From Elusimicrobiota bacterium (GTDB lineage: Bacteria; Elusimicrobiota; Elusimicrobia; F11): a stretch of DNA of 64,000 bases. Under the pieces are notes generated by a model, which had not been told where the DNA came from, did not search any database, and worked only from the letters and a program-made list of their open reading frames with translations. Positions 10,401-16,545 of this stretch are shown here, piece after piece. The position numbers and the translations under genes are program-made. The stretch is from positions 11,494 through 75,493 of the forward strand of contig PLLH01000118.1 in NCBI GenBank assembly GCA_003140895.1, in the 5' to 3' direction. How positions within the stretch are numbered: position 1 is the stretch's first letter; each line of letters opens with the position of its first letter.

Positions 10401-13400
10401 TGATTGCTTTGGCTCTGGGAAAAACCCGCTTTACGCCAGCCAAATCCCCTTTGATGGCGGATAAGCGTGTTTCCTTAATTATCTCGCGCAGTTCTCTCAA
10501 ATAGGGAATCATCAAAGAGAAGAATTCGGCAGAATCTGCGATTACCTCATCTGGAACCACTCGTTTTTGAGGAGTCTCATCTTCCTGGTTCCCCCAATGA
10601 GGAAAGATGGGTTGGTAAGCGTGGAATCGTTGGGTTTTAAGAAGACGGTTCAGAACCCGCGACGTGTTCATCCACAGCAGCCAGCGGTGAATAGATCCAA
10701 GCCCTTTATCTTTCTCTTCAATCTTATTCCAATCAATAAGAACGTCGAGCAGGGGAATGTTTTGGCCTCCGATCTCGATTTGAGCGTCCTTATGAATATC
10801 CTCCAAAAGCTTGCTTAGGATTTCGATCAGTTTTGTGTTGGGATCGACACCCGGGTCGCGGACATATCTGTTGTAGAGGGCTCGTCTTTCTGAGGGCGTC
10901 CACTGCGTCCAACCACTCTTGAAGTTCTGCCTTCGGTTTGGTGGGAAGAACAGAAGAAGGATGAAGTCGTTTATGATTTCTCGGATCCTAACCGTTATTG
11001 GATCGGCGGGATGATCCCCCTCAAGGACGTGTATGGTTTCTTCCAGGAGTGACTTGTGCCAGTACTTGTAGTGGGGATCGACGATGACGATCCTTTTCGC
11101 ATCGGGATCAATACCGAGCGCCTCAAGAACTTGCCGTGGGGAAACATCCAATCTTTGCGCGATCACTTGAAGGTGGTCGTTGGTCAAATGGGTTCCCCAC
11201 GCGTGGGTCTTTCTCTTCCAGCCCTCATTTTCAATCGGGGAGTGCGTCCCGCCCCCGACGAATTTGCCGATGTAGAAAAGTTGATCCTCGGATCCCCAAG
11301 GCATCAATAATCCGTAGGCTGGATCGCCGACCTGAGGAAAAAGAACGGCCACCCCTTCGTTTTGCAGAATCCGGTGGAGGTCCTCGGCTGGGGGTAATCC
11401 CGGGATGGGAGAGCTTAAGGAGATTTCCCTTTGTTGTCGCCGGCTTTTCTCATTTTTCTTGTCCAACAAAGTGTCCCCTTTAGAATCGGTACGGGTGCCT
11501 TTCACAACGTATGCGGGATCCTTGACGAGCACGGTCGCGATGGCCTGCTCAAACCCTGTTCTCCGGGCCAGTACCCCCCCGATTTCATAGGCTTTCTTGT
11601 GTTTTTCAGGATCCCTATTTAATAACTCTAAAACCACGTTTGCTAAATACTCACCGTATTCATAACTAAAACCGGGTTCCAATTTAAACCGCCCGGTGAA
11701 CCTCGAAAACCAGCTTTCGTGCCGCTTGGCCAACTTTCGAAACCCCTTCTCCCAGGAGGAAGGCGGAAATTCAGCGATGATTTCACGGACGGTCTTAGCA
11801 CTTGATCCGCCATAGTGGCTGGTTGATATCCCCAATTCAGCGGCTCGTATGGTTCGAAAATAACTGGCCGCAAAAGCGTTCGAGCGGTCTCCCATGGCTA
11901 GGATTGGAAATACAACGTGGGTGAGCTCATGGAAAATATTCGCACGCAAGGAGGACTCATCAGGGAACCGCCACTTGAAAACCAATACTTTTTTACTGAA
12001 GTTCAGCTTGACTCCGTTGGCGCCCCGAAGGGTTTGAACCGTCGCTTTAGCTCCAAACAACAAAGACCAAAAACCAATCATCTTCAAAATCGGGATGAAA
12101 TCCCAGCCGATCAAAGAAAACGGCAGAAAAACGATGGCGAGCGGAACAAACCAGAATAGAAACTGAGGCACAATTAATCTTCGAAAGGCTTGCCACGGAC
12201 TTGAAGCGACTTCAACTGTCCTTCTTAACGGTTTTTCTAATCTCCTCCCTTTTGAACTTTCGGCATCCCCAGGAAAACCCGTCACCTCAATAAAGTGGCC
12301 CACTTCCTCCCGGACTATTCTTTCGTCGGCGGAAATTTGGGACGCCGGGTTCCTTGCGGCCATAACGTGAGCGTCAAATGGCATGTGGAAAGGAAGAGCA
12401 AAGTAGGGTGAGAATCCGAAACGAGGGAAAGCAATATAGAGAGCAAAAATAAAAAGGCGAACGAGATTGATCCATCGGAGCGGCGGCCCGCGGATGTCGG
12501 AGTTGGGGTGAACCCACTCAAAAACGATATGAGCGGCAAAGAGCGGCATGAGCCACGCGAGCGCGGCAAAGATTCCATAATTGTTTGTGAGCCACGCCGC
12601 CAATGCCCCTTCCCCCGCCGCCCAGATCAGCGAAGCGGTTGAGATGAGCGTATGGGTTGTTTCCTCGCTGAATTTGGCTGAGATCCAGTCGTGAATCGAC
12701 GGAAGCGTGAGGATAAGGTAGATGAAAGACAAGGGAGTTGTCCCTTGAGAACCTGACCCATTTATAGACTTGATACGTCTTTCGACTCGCTCCTTGGTTC
12801 CCAGCTTTGTCACGATACCCTTGGATTGTTGATTAATCGTGTTTTCAGGAGGGTGTGAAATATTCTGGCGGAAGGAATTAATTTCCAATATGCGGCTCCG
12901 AATGCGTCTAAACAATTCATCTTTCGAATCGCTTGAAGATAAGGTTTGATGAAGATCGGATCTTAACCGTTCCAGAGCCGGGCCATATTCGTCCTTGCGC
13001 AGTCCGCCACGGGCAATATACCTGGCTCTCATATCATGGAATCGGTTCATCTCCCCCATGAGTCTTTCGATAAAGAGATACCTTTCTACGGGCTTGACAT
13101 AGGGTCGTCTAAAGAATTCCAGCATAGACTCCACTTTATCTTGGACTGTTTCATGGACAAGTTTATGGAACGAGATTAAGATTTCTCTTCCAGATGCGGG
13201 ATGGATAAGCAGAGGTTTTCTGGTTTGGATAAGTGTTCTTTCTTGAACCGTAATCTGAAGATCATTCGTTGCGCTTATTAACTTCTGCTTCAGCCTTTCT
13301 ATGAACTGAAGTTCCAAATCACTGTCCAGAAAATGCGAAAATTGAATATCCAAGTCATCCACCGCTGAGAATGGGACGTAACCCTCTTCATCCTGGAGGT

Positions 13401-15687
13401 AAAATGCGCTCCCATAGGCTTGCGCCAAAACCCGTTGGCCATCGGGAGCCACCATCTCATCGGCGGTTTCCTGAATCATTTTCCGAAGAAACCCGAAATT
13501 GATTTCGTAATTTTTGAATCCCTTCTGTCTCGCAAAAACGGGATTCTTTATCTCAGCCAAGGAAAACCCCGAGAAACTATCGTTATAGAATAGTGACGCG
13601 GAGGTCTCTCTCCCCGATATCCGGCCCGAGCCGGGTCCGACATCGGGTTGGGAAGAATCCCTCATCATCGCCATCCCCACCACAAACGGCGCCATTGAAA
13701 GGAACGCGACTATTTCCTTTGCGTGGATCTTCATCCAATCCCAACCGAGGGCCATCCATTCGGGGTAAAGCAGGCTGACGAGGGCGCTTGTTGTGAGGAG
13801 GGCTGAGAGAGTGAGAGGGGTGCGGATGCTCTTCATCCCCCATTTTTCATCAATGGCAATCGTTAAAGATTTGGATGTGCGATTTGAGAGGGCCGTGATG
13901 TGGATAAGACCCGCTTTGGCGAGGTGGATTGTTGCGCGGGAGGCGATCCTCATTCTTCTTAAAACTTTCTCAACGTATTGTTGCGCGAACGGAATGCCGA
14001 TGACTTGTTTCATGACGCCTCGAGCGGCGAAGAAAAGGCCGGCTTTGGCGAACGCTGGGTTGGACACGGGCTCTTGGGCCAGGAAGAGTTTTTCCCCTTC
14101 GAAGAGCTTTTCAAGCGGGGTTTTCTCCTGAGTGAAGACGCTCAGATAGGTTGCCCCCGTTGATGAGTCCACTTTGGTCACTTTGGGAACAACGGTGATG
14201 GTGGTGAATCCGGCGTCCTGAGCCAGACGGTTGATCCCGCTTGAGTGATAGCCGCCGGTTACAAGAACCGCCACGTTGGTTTTATTCTCCCCCATGGTCC
14301 TTAAAAGGTTATTCGCCATCAAGGTGTCGCGCGCGTCGGCTTCGGAGTAAAATTTTTCAAACGGCGAAAAATTTGGTTGATGGTCTATGGACTGATACTC
14401 TTTCCACTCTTCTTTCGTGAGTCCAAAGTCGAGAAGTTTTCCAACAAGATACAGCCGCCGAGACTCTGCGACATCTTTTTTCTCGTCGTCCGTTCGGATC
14501 AACGACGCGTAGGTCGCGTCTTCTAAGTTGCTGATTTCTTGATGTAGCTTCTCCGCATCAATGGAGTCGGAGAGAAGGACATACTGGAGGTAATCGAACA
14601 TCGCTTTGTAATACGAAAGGTTGACGCCTTGTTTCTCGCACATGGTTTTTAAGGCTTGGTAGAAATCAGCGTGGTTGAGTTGGCCGAGACGGAACGCCAA
14701 CGTCAAATTAACGAGGGGTTGCGTTTGGTCGGCCGGCAGCTTCCTGAGGAGTTCCTCCAAAAGTAGAGAACGCTCCCGTTCAACGCGCGCGAAATCCAGC
14801 GACTTTTCAAGTTGGAGGGCGCGAAGGAAGTTGTTGAAATTGTGCCCGGGCACTTTTTTGTTATTGAACGAATTCAATAACTGCGCGTAGTCACCAAGTG
14901 AGAGGGTCCCCCTTTGGTACGCCTGGACGTTTCGGTCAAACGCTTTTAAATCGGGATTAAACCGGGTTTCTTTTTCTGCCGCCAGCGTTTGTTCAAGTTT
15001 TGCCAGTTTTTCTTTTTGGGTGGCGGTCTGCGGCGCGGATTCGCGGACGGCGTTGACGTTCGCTCCGTAGCGCGCGGCATCATCAATCCCGACGTACGGT
15101 GGCGGGGTGAGTTCGGAGACGAGAGCCGTATGAATCGGGCCTGAAATGGCGTTTTCGGCAAGCAGATGATCGGCTACCTCGCGGATGGTTTCTTTGTGAG
15201 GAAATTCTCTGAGGAGCGAAAGATCGAGCGGGGCGAAGGCTCCTTCGAGAGCCACCAGGTCCACCCGTTGTTTATTGATGAGCGTTTGGATTACGGCGGC
15301 GATGTTTTTCTGGGCTTCCCCATTCATGTGGATGTCTTGAACATGAATGATGATTTTCTGCTGAGAGCGGGACGCGGGCCTTGAAACAGAACGGATGCTC
15401 CCAAATTGAAGCGGGATGGCGCTTAATACATTTTTCAGGGAGAGGTCTTGCACATCTTTTGCCCATTTGTTGAAGTGGACATTCGCGGATAACGTGTCGG
15501 CAAAATTTGTTGGGAGCGAGGAATGGGTGAATCCCGCCACGGCGGGTAAACTCGCCAATTGGACGGATTTTTTTCGTTCCGTCCAGAAATCGGTTTCTGC
15601 TTTGTAGGCGAAGAGACAATTGGTGGAGAGAAGGGCCATGGCCAAGGCCATTGTGAGGCATCTTGAAAAGAAAGACGTATGCTTCAA
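1420..15687 (-). CDS. Giant (4755 aa) mosaic multidomain membrane protein. In order: signal peptide; Tiki/TraB/ChaN-like domain; transmembrane helices; repeated TM module; HExxH motif; phosphohistidine swivel plus PPDK_N nucleotide-binding (dikinase) module; second copy of the TM module; GNAT acetyltransferase domain; further TM clusters; second Tiki/TraB-like domain.
   Basis: A continuous 14,268-nt ORF without stops. TTG start at 15687 follows GGGAGA. N-terminus MKHTSFFSRCLTMALAMALLSTNCLFA is a signal peptide. Motifs seen in the translation: IIIHVQDIHMNGEAQ ... VLVTGGYHSSGINRL (ChaN/TraB-like, residues ~110-510); IFHELTHVVF (HExxH, residue 1253); IVTFINEGKTSHARARALADNIPLAVW (PEP-utilizer swivel, His ~2356); VVGNKPAQVNRL ... 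SVWTDEAFENRRKY ... VIEAVQGLGESLVGDD (PPDK_N, ~2440-2680); IIGAVAFRYGEGKESIAEIGVHPDYRRLGVGHRLM (GNAT, ~3115-3160); ALVVVRGGAHIFELEGL (second TraB-like GGxH motif, ~4330). There are multiple hydrophobic stretches. Confidence 0.8.
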   Translation of the reverse strand: MKHTSFFSRCLTMALAMALLSTNCLFAYKAETDFWTERKKSVQLASLPAVAGFTHSSLPTNFADTLSANVHFNKWAKDVQDLSLKNVLSAIPLQFGSIRSVSRPASRSQQKIIIHVQDIHMNGEAQKNIAAVIQTLINKQRVDLVALEGAFAPLDLSLLREFPHKETIREVADHLLAENAISGPIHTALVSELTPPPYVGIDDAARYGANVNAVRESAPQTATQKEKLAKLEQTLAAEKETRFNPDLKAFDRNVQAYQRGTLSLGDYAQLLNSFNNKKVPGHNFNNFLRALQLEKSLDFARVERERSLLLEELLRKLPADQTQPLVNLTLAFRLGQLNHADFYQALKTMCEKQGVNLSYYKAMFDYLQYVLLSDSIDAEKLHQEISNLEDATYASLIRTDDEKKDVAESRRLYLVGKLLDFGLTKEEWKEYQSIDHQPNFSPFEKFYSEADARDTLMANNLLRTMGENKTNVAVLVTGGYHSSGINRLAQDAGFTTITVVPKVTKVDSSTGATYLSVFTQEKTPLEKLFEGEKLFLAQEPVSNPAFAKAGLFFAARGVMKQVIGIPFAQQYVEKVLRRMRIASRATIHLAKAGLIHITALSNRTSKSLTIAIDEKWGMKSIRTPLTLSALLTTSALVSLLYPEWMALGWDWMKIHAKEIVAFLSMAPFVVGMAMMRDSSQPDVGPGSGRISGRETSASLFYNDSFSGFSLAEIKNPVFARQKGFKNYEINFGFLRKMIQETADEMVAPDGQRVLAQAYGSAFYLQDEEGYVPFSAVDDLDIQFSHFLDSDLELQFIERLKQKLISATNDLQITVQERTLIQTRKPLLIHPASGREILISFHKLVHETVQDKVESMLEFFRRPYVKPVERYLFIERLMGEMNRFHDMRARYIARGGLRKDEYGPALERLRSDLHQTLSSSDSKDELFRRIRSRILEINSFRQNISHPPENTINQQSKGIVTKLGTKERVERRIKSINGSGSQGTTPLSFIYLILTLPSIHDWISAKFSEETTHTLISTASLIWAAGEGALAAWLTNNYGIFAALAWLMPLFAAHIVFEWVHPNSDIRGPPLRWINLVRLFIFALYIAFPRFGFSPYFALPFHMPFDAHVMAARNPASQISADERIVREEVGHFIEVTGFPGDAESSKGRRLEKPLRRTVEVASSPWQAFRRLIVPQFLFWFVPLAIVFLPFSLIGWDFIPILKMIGFWSLLFGAKATVQTLRGANGVKLNFSKKVLVFKWRFPDESSLRANIFHELTHVVFPILAMGDRSNAFAASYFRTIRAAELGISTSHYGGSSAKTVREIIAEFPPSSWEKGFRKLAKRHESWFSRFTGRFKLEPGFSYEYGEYLANVVLELLNRDPEKHKKAYEIGGVLARRTGFEQAIATVLVKDPAYVVKGTRTDSKGDTLLDKKNEKSRRQQREISLSSPIPGLPPAEDLHRILQNEGVAVLFPQVGDPAYGLLMPWGSEDQLFYIGKFVGGGTHSPIENEGWKRKTHAWGTHLTNDHLQVIAQRLDVSPRQVLEALGIDPDAKRIVIVDPHYKYWHKSLLEETIHVLEGDHPADPITVRIREIINDFILLLFFPPNRRQNFKSGWTQWTPSERRALYNRYVRDPGVDPNTKLIEILSKLLEDIHKDAQIEIGGQNIPLLDVLIDWNKIEEKDKGLGSIHRWLLWMNTSRVLNRLLKTQRFHAYQPIFPHWGNQEDETPQKRVVPDEVIADSAEFFSLMIPYLRELREIIKETRLSAIKGDLAGVKRVFPRAKAITDDLNAMMSYATERVRAGKVVFERPPLVDHHIGNTAGVQGIGFMAEMIDDKSMGESILEILRETAIPESIDTLLEEVAAHPTLMGEQALLDNFADRQQAITKAKHAAVMAQLSATSMPESELSLFKWGPYRHYLAGLESLVFGVIPLGLPLTGLLWSLGVYGPTSLSLLSSVLVAVASTSLFILGLWVNKSFFVWLHTVTRGERETLSAEELKLISQNRAAAVNQLRKVFFISFGILSVLGLAIDWNPWLPLSIASVLLVLAHYTNDGLVQWGENYPGRAPPAVLQTLRKFFQILLLANLGRTELSLSNPKKTGPKHWNPKWPKPDYEKELVEHIFESTLPFSKEGNSIQGIGDIFILNHPVFDSAANTLRAIYYWYPDLAATILACVKGNHERWESTVQSGKMEMDLFGAIVKRGLALKNRNAPMTFKGDTYLVQYNLSGIAGLFGYLNPNNSKIILSAIDDETLLTKLGEQIADFLQKRYCPNDYAEKLRETMEEINTLSKKLQPEGKQASQIFAQPTSYAPQRVKKPTPEFAGTGVGKLQIIKGEEPSLSALKRVPSNSIVAMKFLPKSYVDIEGRFNGIVTFINEGKTSHARARALADNIPLAVWPGPELLRSLDGQMVVLTVTNRSASIRKATKSDLPRISKPRRIKVQLPSVTLEGDNYFLAPNDPEMVRPNVVGNKPAQVNRLSLHSPRLSDPRIHPEFAKGVGIPYRTFIHLLKKNGVYADFKKLIQSLTGAEGLQAAQTLKKIRRLIMGLNTNALAPRFWTTLEQAEGHPQWEKGTFVRDSTNAQDLEKYPGVGAGIYLTIPHIVGKRAFWPAIKKVMASVWTDEAFENRRKYQINETTVFPAAWLVPSLPADFSCVIHTSDVALNEPSHLVIEAVQGLGESLVGDDNRFAGSPTQIIWDKTRNRIVEKSPGNKKRCSVLSKTGGTKTIPVTKEFLKLPDANRLIRSLCEIGQQTEAQAKNPRDIEVVITADPQQPGHWTITIVQTRTLGRVNGSGSQGTVPLSFIYFILTLPAIHDWISAKFSEETTHTLISAASLIWAAGEGALAAWLTNNYGIFAALAWLIPLFAAHIVFEWVHPNSDIRGPPLRWINLVRLFIFALYPVLPYLGASPYWALISHLIFDASNMNYSDRTPITKHSEPPEMTRFRSADKEGKRKIFEDVLARSNTPNSLTLLTKFALRPDLDPHSLRQILERLVFFKEHPNWSYDEQGIRKERSSLWGPKPNEYERRSFFNATSDRARIARLPIEDLAYEVVDALPRRAELITDSISKILLDKTLELTQSQIVDYPAFRKKLIQDFLHIRPMMETNGSDMADILWDEFSSDRPWFNGRDVFSPAHDAQIETRVATIAGHIIGAVAFRYGEGKESIAEIGVHPDYRRLGVGHRLMENVKNSARYVNNEKIILAVPERSIENLPFFLSEGFQHASQPPHAKKKTIDGVETSVYPMVSRIDLANANKSKAMRSERPNKPGSRNGFALNELTVAMGLFSWAGITWMSPLLGLWIGSILMLGATVALPGLSDSNSAEKNSLSLKEFKRQIDGAQGDFPQFKNQLKEISKKIKGNPPQWAENIGNEIGKLLQEEKIILEDDALDWVQTVILFPKKRDKETIQSLVNLVLFLAGRYNVFLDCLEKPEGWDELASTIPTDPQERDAYFKHELAMMGKSVQRQFMERRSDPEEDLRGISSGTRYSFADVASQYYYLSLRFPDHNYSDLFVSLLESIPELSEKYAKTVFQARIRAAAKAATKGRVSKVSTPDIKIPSVFPAILSRAESDPAFANKLLDYRATSDALLLRRDMNKLWDAAETPPFLHDAENPGNSASLYLDIGSNFHGLFTLPEIKKGSRKVVFVTTKPEWARFLKKAALVIDVEDKVKVHFGPIAQLPTLIQPGSVGTLHLETRSKLNPIGLTPADVGVLTALMKPGGRIVVSDQGQGARSKPARIELAELLASFNLEEDKRMVALLQTELAGKEGRWALSFGHMGKFGGFLPGFSGYADRDKQIDADTLVVFTRPSETADSPADGAHLGGQTTKLLLLWATITGILAQGQNLWAQGRSMREIERSLNLGRGVGVAGNDLLPAFLLTLIISIPLCILGYLLLGVVISRYSHGKSLDRIYQKKDSFSFSATLLLIGYLATFLMVGTLSNSWMMGPINIATNILWFVTFVFFYFLYRFAKADYSLSWPVKTIVILSIVASAGLTNYFKQGWSPVSLASNFYASLVAVVTMGILLGLVLIYSIVSLRMGGKDVKEKRKRHNRQQKLTDEVDNFIQKAPHKKPGPRDGFTVFELTTAIALLSWPVITFLNPTLGFWIAGSVIFSIVIAILLKSLTYFIQNPQHDFIYYVLGPHGRKGDYDHMSSSVEEAIKDARKRGALSVAVLQESGGGPYNDFDRDMNVLGTRYRNNRESFRAEQSQSGLTDTEINALLNFAERWKDHAEFPDLIALLEDSNNASGMSAYVDWYNRTPNSAEPKNPLISRMNEHLKNISDIQTLEEIPTGDTVRFNFLSEIHYFLAIDHFRQGHLNQAMDEYASFSRDQAKMLELRAQALMNQIDDYKREHPSGALVVVRGGAHIFELEGLRDHGYRVAAYADQLPKDYNNPIHLAQSAALSGKGIEDKPALLTRAIIFACLGAVIIDHVNLSNHVLLLTGRLMDGRDLLTGKPLPGMSPFSMDDMRAIGDLLAQKGGPHLNYSEIDNLIIEWARHNHHWHSSYDKLFDPDWNASSSLPEIPLVRVETRPSVSRALYWVYNPLARSLSILYSKLLSGINIVWGILTPVGSFLLVKPLLSCMNRIGAVNNSNRKVPMSPTQIVLESLLKGTPINLGLGETLRTDPLRKNSGTLIFVDPSLEAHLEELVKSLDPHTPTTLVAQTNALAERLRGLVNPAFVSVVDGDQTGALQGGEWRLKTLETYFGENAVQFPIVARIIQAHGSMNIVSSQNAPAFNWNGLDSNSIFLQKETIYLLIDELLKALSARWAPDVQRSVDETSQTLKAA
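7072..7398 (-). repeat. Copy 2 of the 327-bp intragenic direct repeat (residues 2764-2872). It lies exactly 5364 bp (1788 codons) from copy 1, in the same frame.
   Basis: Near-identical DNA and peptide to 12436..12762. The alternative-frame ORFs 7017..7214 and 12315..12578 (both beginning MESLPRSRGS...) mirror the repeat. Confidence 0.9.
12436..12762 (-). repeat. Copy 1 of a 327-bp intragenic direct repeat (about 95% nucleotide identity) encoding a ~109-aa multi-TM module. It corresponds to residues 976-1084 of the giant protein.
   Basis: The DNA string atagagagcaaaaataaaaaggcgaac...gtcccttgagaacc recurs at 7072. The encoded peptide NGSGSQGTTPLSFIYLILTLPSIHDWISAKFSEETTHTLIS...RWINLVRLFIFALY is nearly identical in both copies. 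Confidence 0.9.
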
Positions 15688-15873
15688 AATGATTTCTCCC
15701 GAAGGAAGGAATAAGCGAAACGATGAATTCGGCTCTTATTAAGGAGAGATTTTACTCGAGGGGTGGTTAAGATCGTCTTAAGAACCTGTAAACAACTAGT
15801 AAATTATATTCCCCTCTTGAAATAACCGCGTTTTTTGTTAGATTTAAGTGTAAGTTCAGCAGAGGAGTCATTC

Positions 15874-16164
15874 ATGTTTCAATTCATTAAAAAAGTAGTG
15901 AATTGGTTCAAAGGGGACGCGGTTCCGCCAGTCCAGGCTGCCGCCGAGACGTCTCGTAAGGTTGCCGAGGCAGCCGCTCAAAAAAGAACCCCGGCTCTCT
16001 CGCCAACGGAAGATGTGTATAGGAAAATTATTGAAGACGCTCGCGTGGGCGATTTTTTGAAAGAACTTCAGTCCATCCCCCCCGCTACAAAGGAATTTGA
16101 AAAGTCCAAAGAAAACATGGTTCAAGAATTAAAGAAACTGAAATCTCCGAAACCCCCTCAATAA
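15874..16164 (+). CDS. Small hypothetical protein (96 aa from the ATG at 15874).
   Basis: ATG preceded by GGAG (agaggagtcattcATG). Lys/Glu-rich with no recognisable motif. The ORF track starts earlier at 15835 but has no RBS there. Confidence 0.4.
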   Translation: MFQFIKKVVNWFKGDAVPPVQAAAETSRKVAEAAAQKRTPALSPTEDVYRKIIEDARVGDFLKELQSIPPATKEFEKSKENMVQELKKLKSPKPPQ

Positions 16165-16527
16165 ATGGCTTCCTCCGACCGCAGAGAATCAAACCGGTTT
16201 CAAACCTCCTTGCCCGTCGAGATTCGTTTCTCCCCGGACGGCGTTCCGATGCAGGGAAAAAGCCTCGACATCGGTCCGAACGGAATGAGGTTGTTGACGC
16301 TTCAGCCGCTGGTGGAAGCCACTCTGATTCACATTTCTTTTCAGAACGCTTCCAACAACACCCACTGCGAAGGGCGCGTGGTGTGGACGCAACGGTCGGA
16401 AGACAACACGGAATTTGAAAGCGGGGTTGATATTCAGCGGTGGGGTGGCGGTGTTCCCGGTTCCGACGTCATCCACGAGATCCCGGATCTAAAACAGAAG
16501 AAAGACCGCCGCAACAAGTCTCGTTAA
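16165..16527 (+). CDS. PilZ domain protein (c-di-GMP binding).
   Basis: RRESNRFQTSLPVEIRF ... GKSLDIGPNGMRL matches the PilZ RxxxR ... (D/N)xSxxG signature. 120 aa. Confidence 0.6.
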   Translation: MASSDRRESNRFQTSLPVEIRFSPDGVPMQGKSLDIGPNGMRLLTLQPLVEATLIHISFQNASNNTHCEGRVVWTQRSEDNTEFESGVDIQRWGGGVPGSDVIHEIPDLKQKKDRRNKSR

Positions 16528-16545
16528 GACAGCCTTCCTCCCATA

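Noticed and set aside
1420-15687. Possibility that the giant ORF is an NRPS/PKS, RHS/YD-repeat toxin or repetitive adhesin
   Set aside because: No condensation (HHxxxDG), adenylation (SGTTGxPKG), KS (DTACSS) or PCP (GGHSL) motifs are present, and no YD or beta-rich tandem repeats. The protein is dominated by TM helices and unrelated enzyme-like modules.
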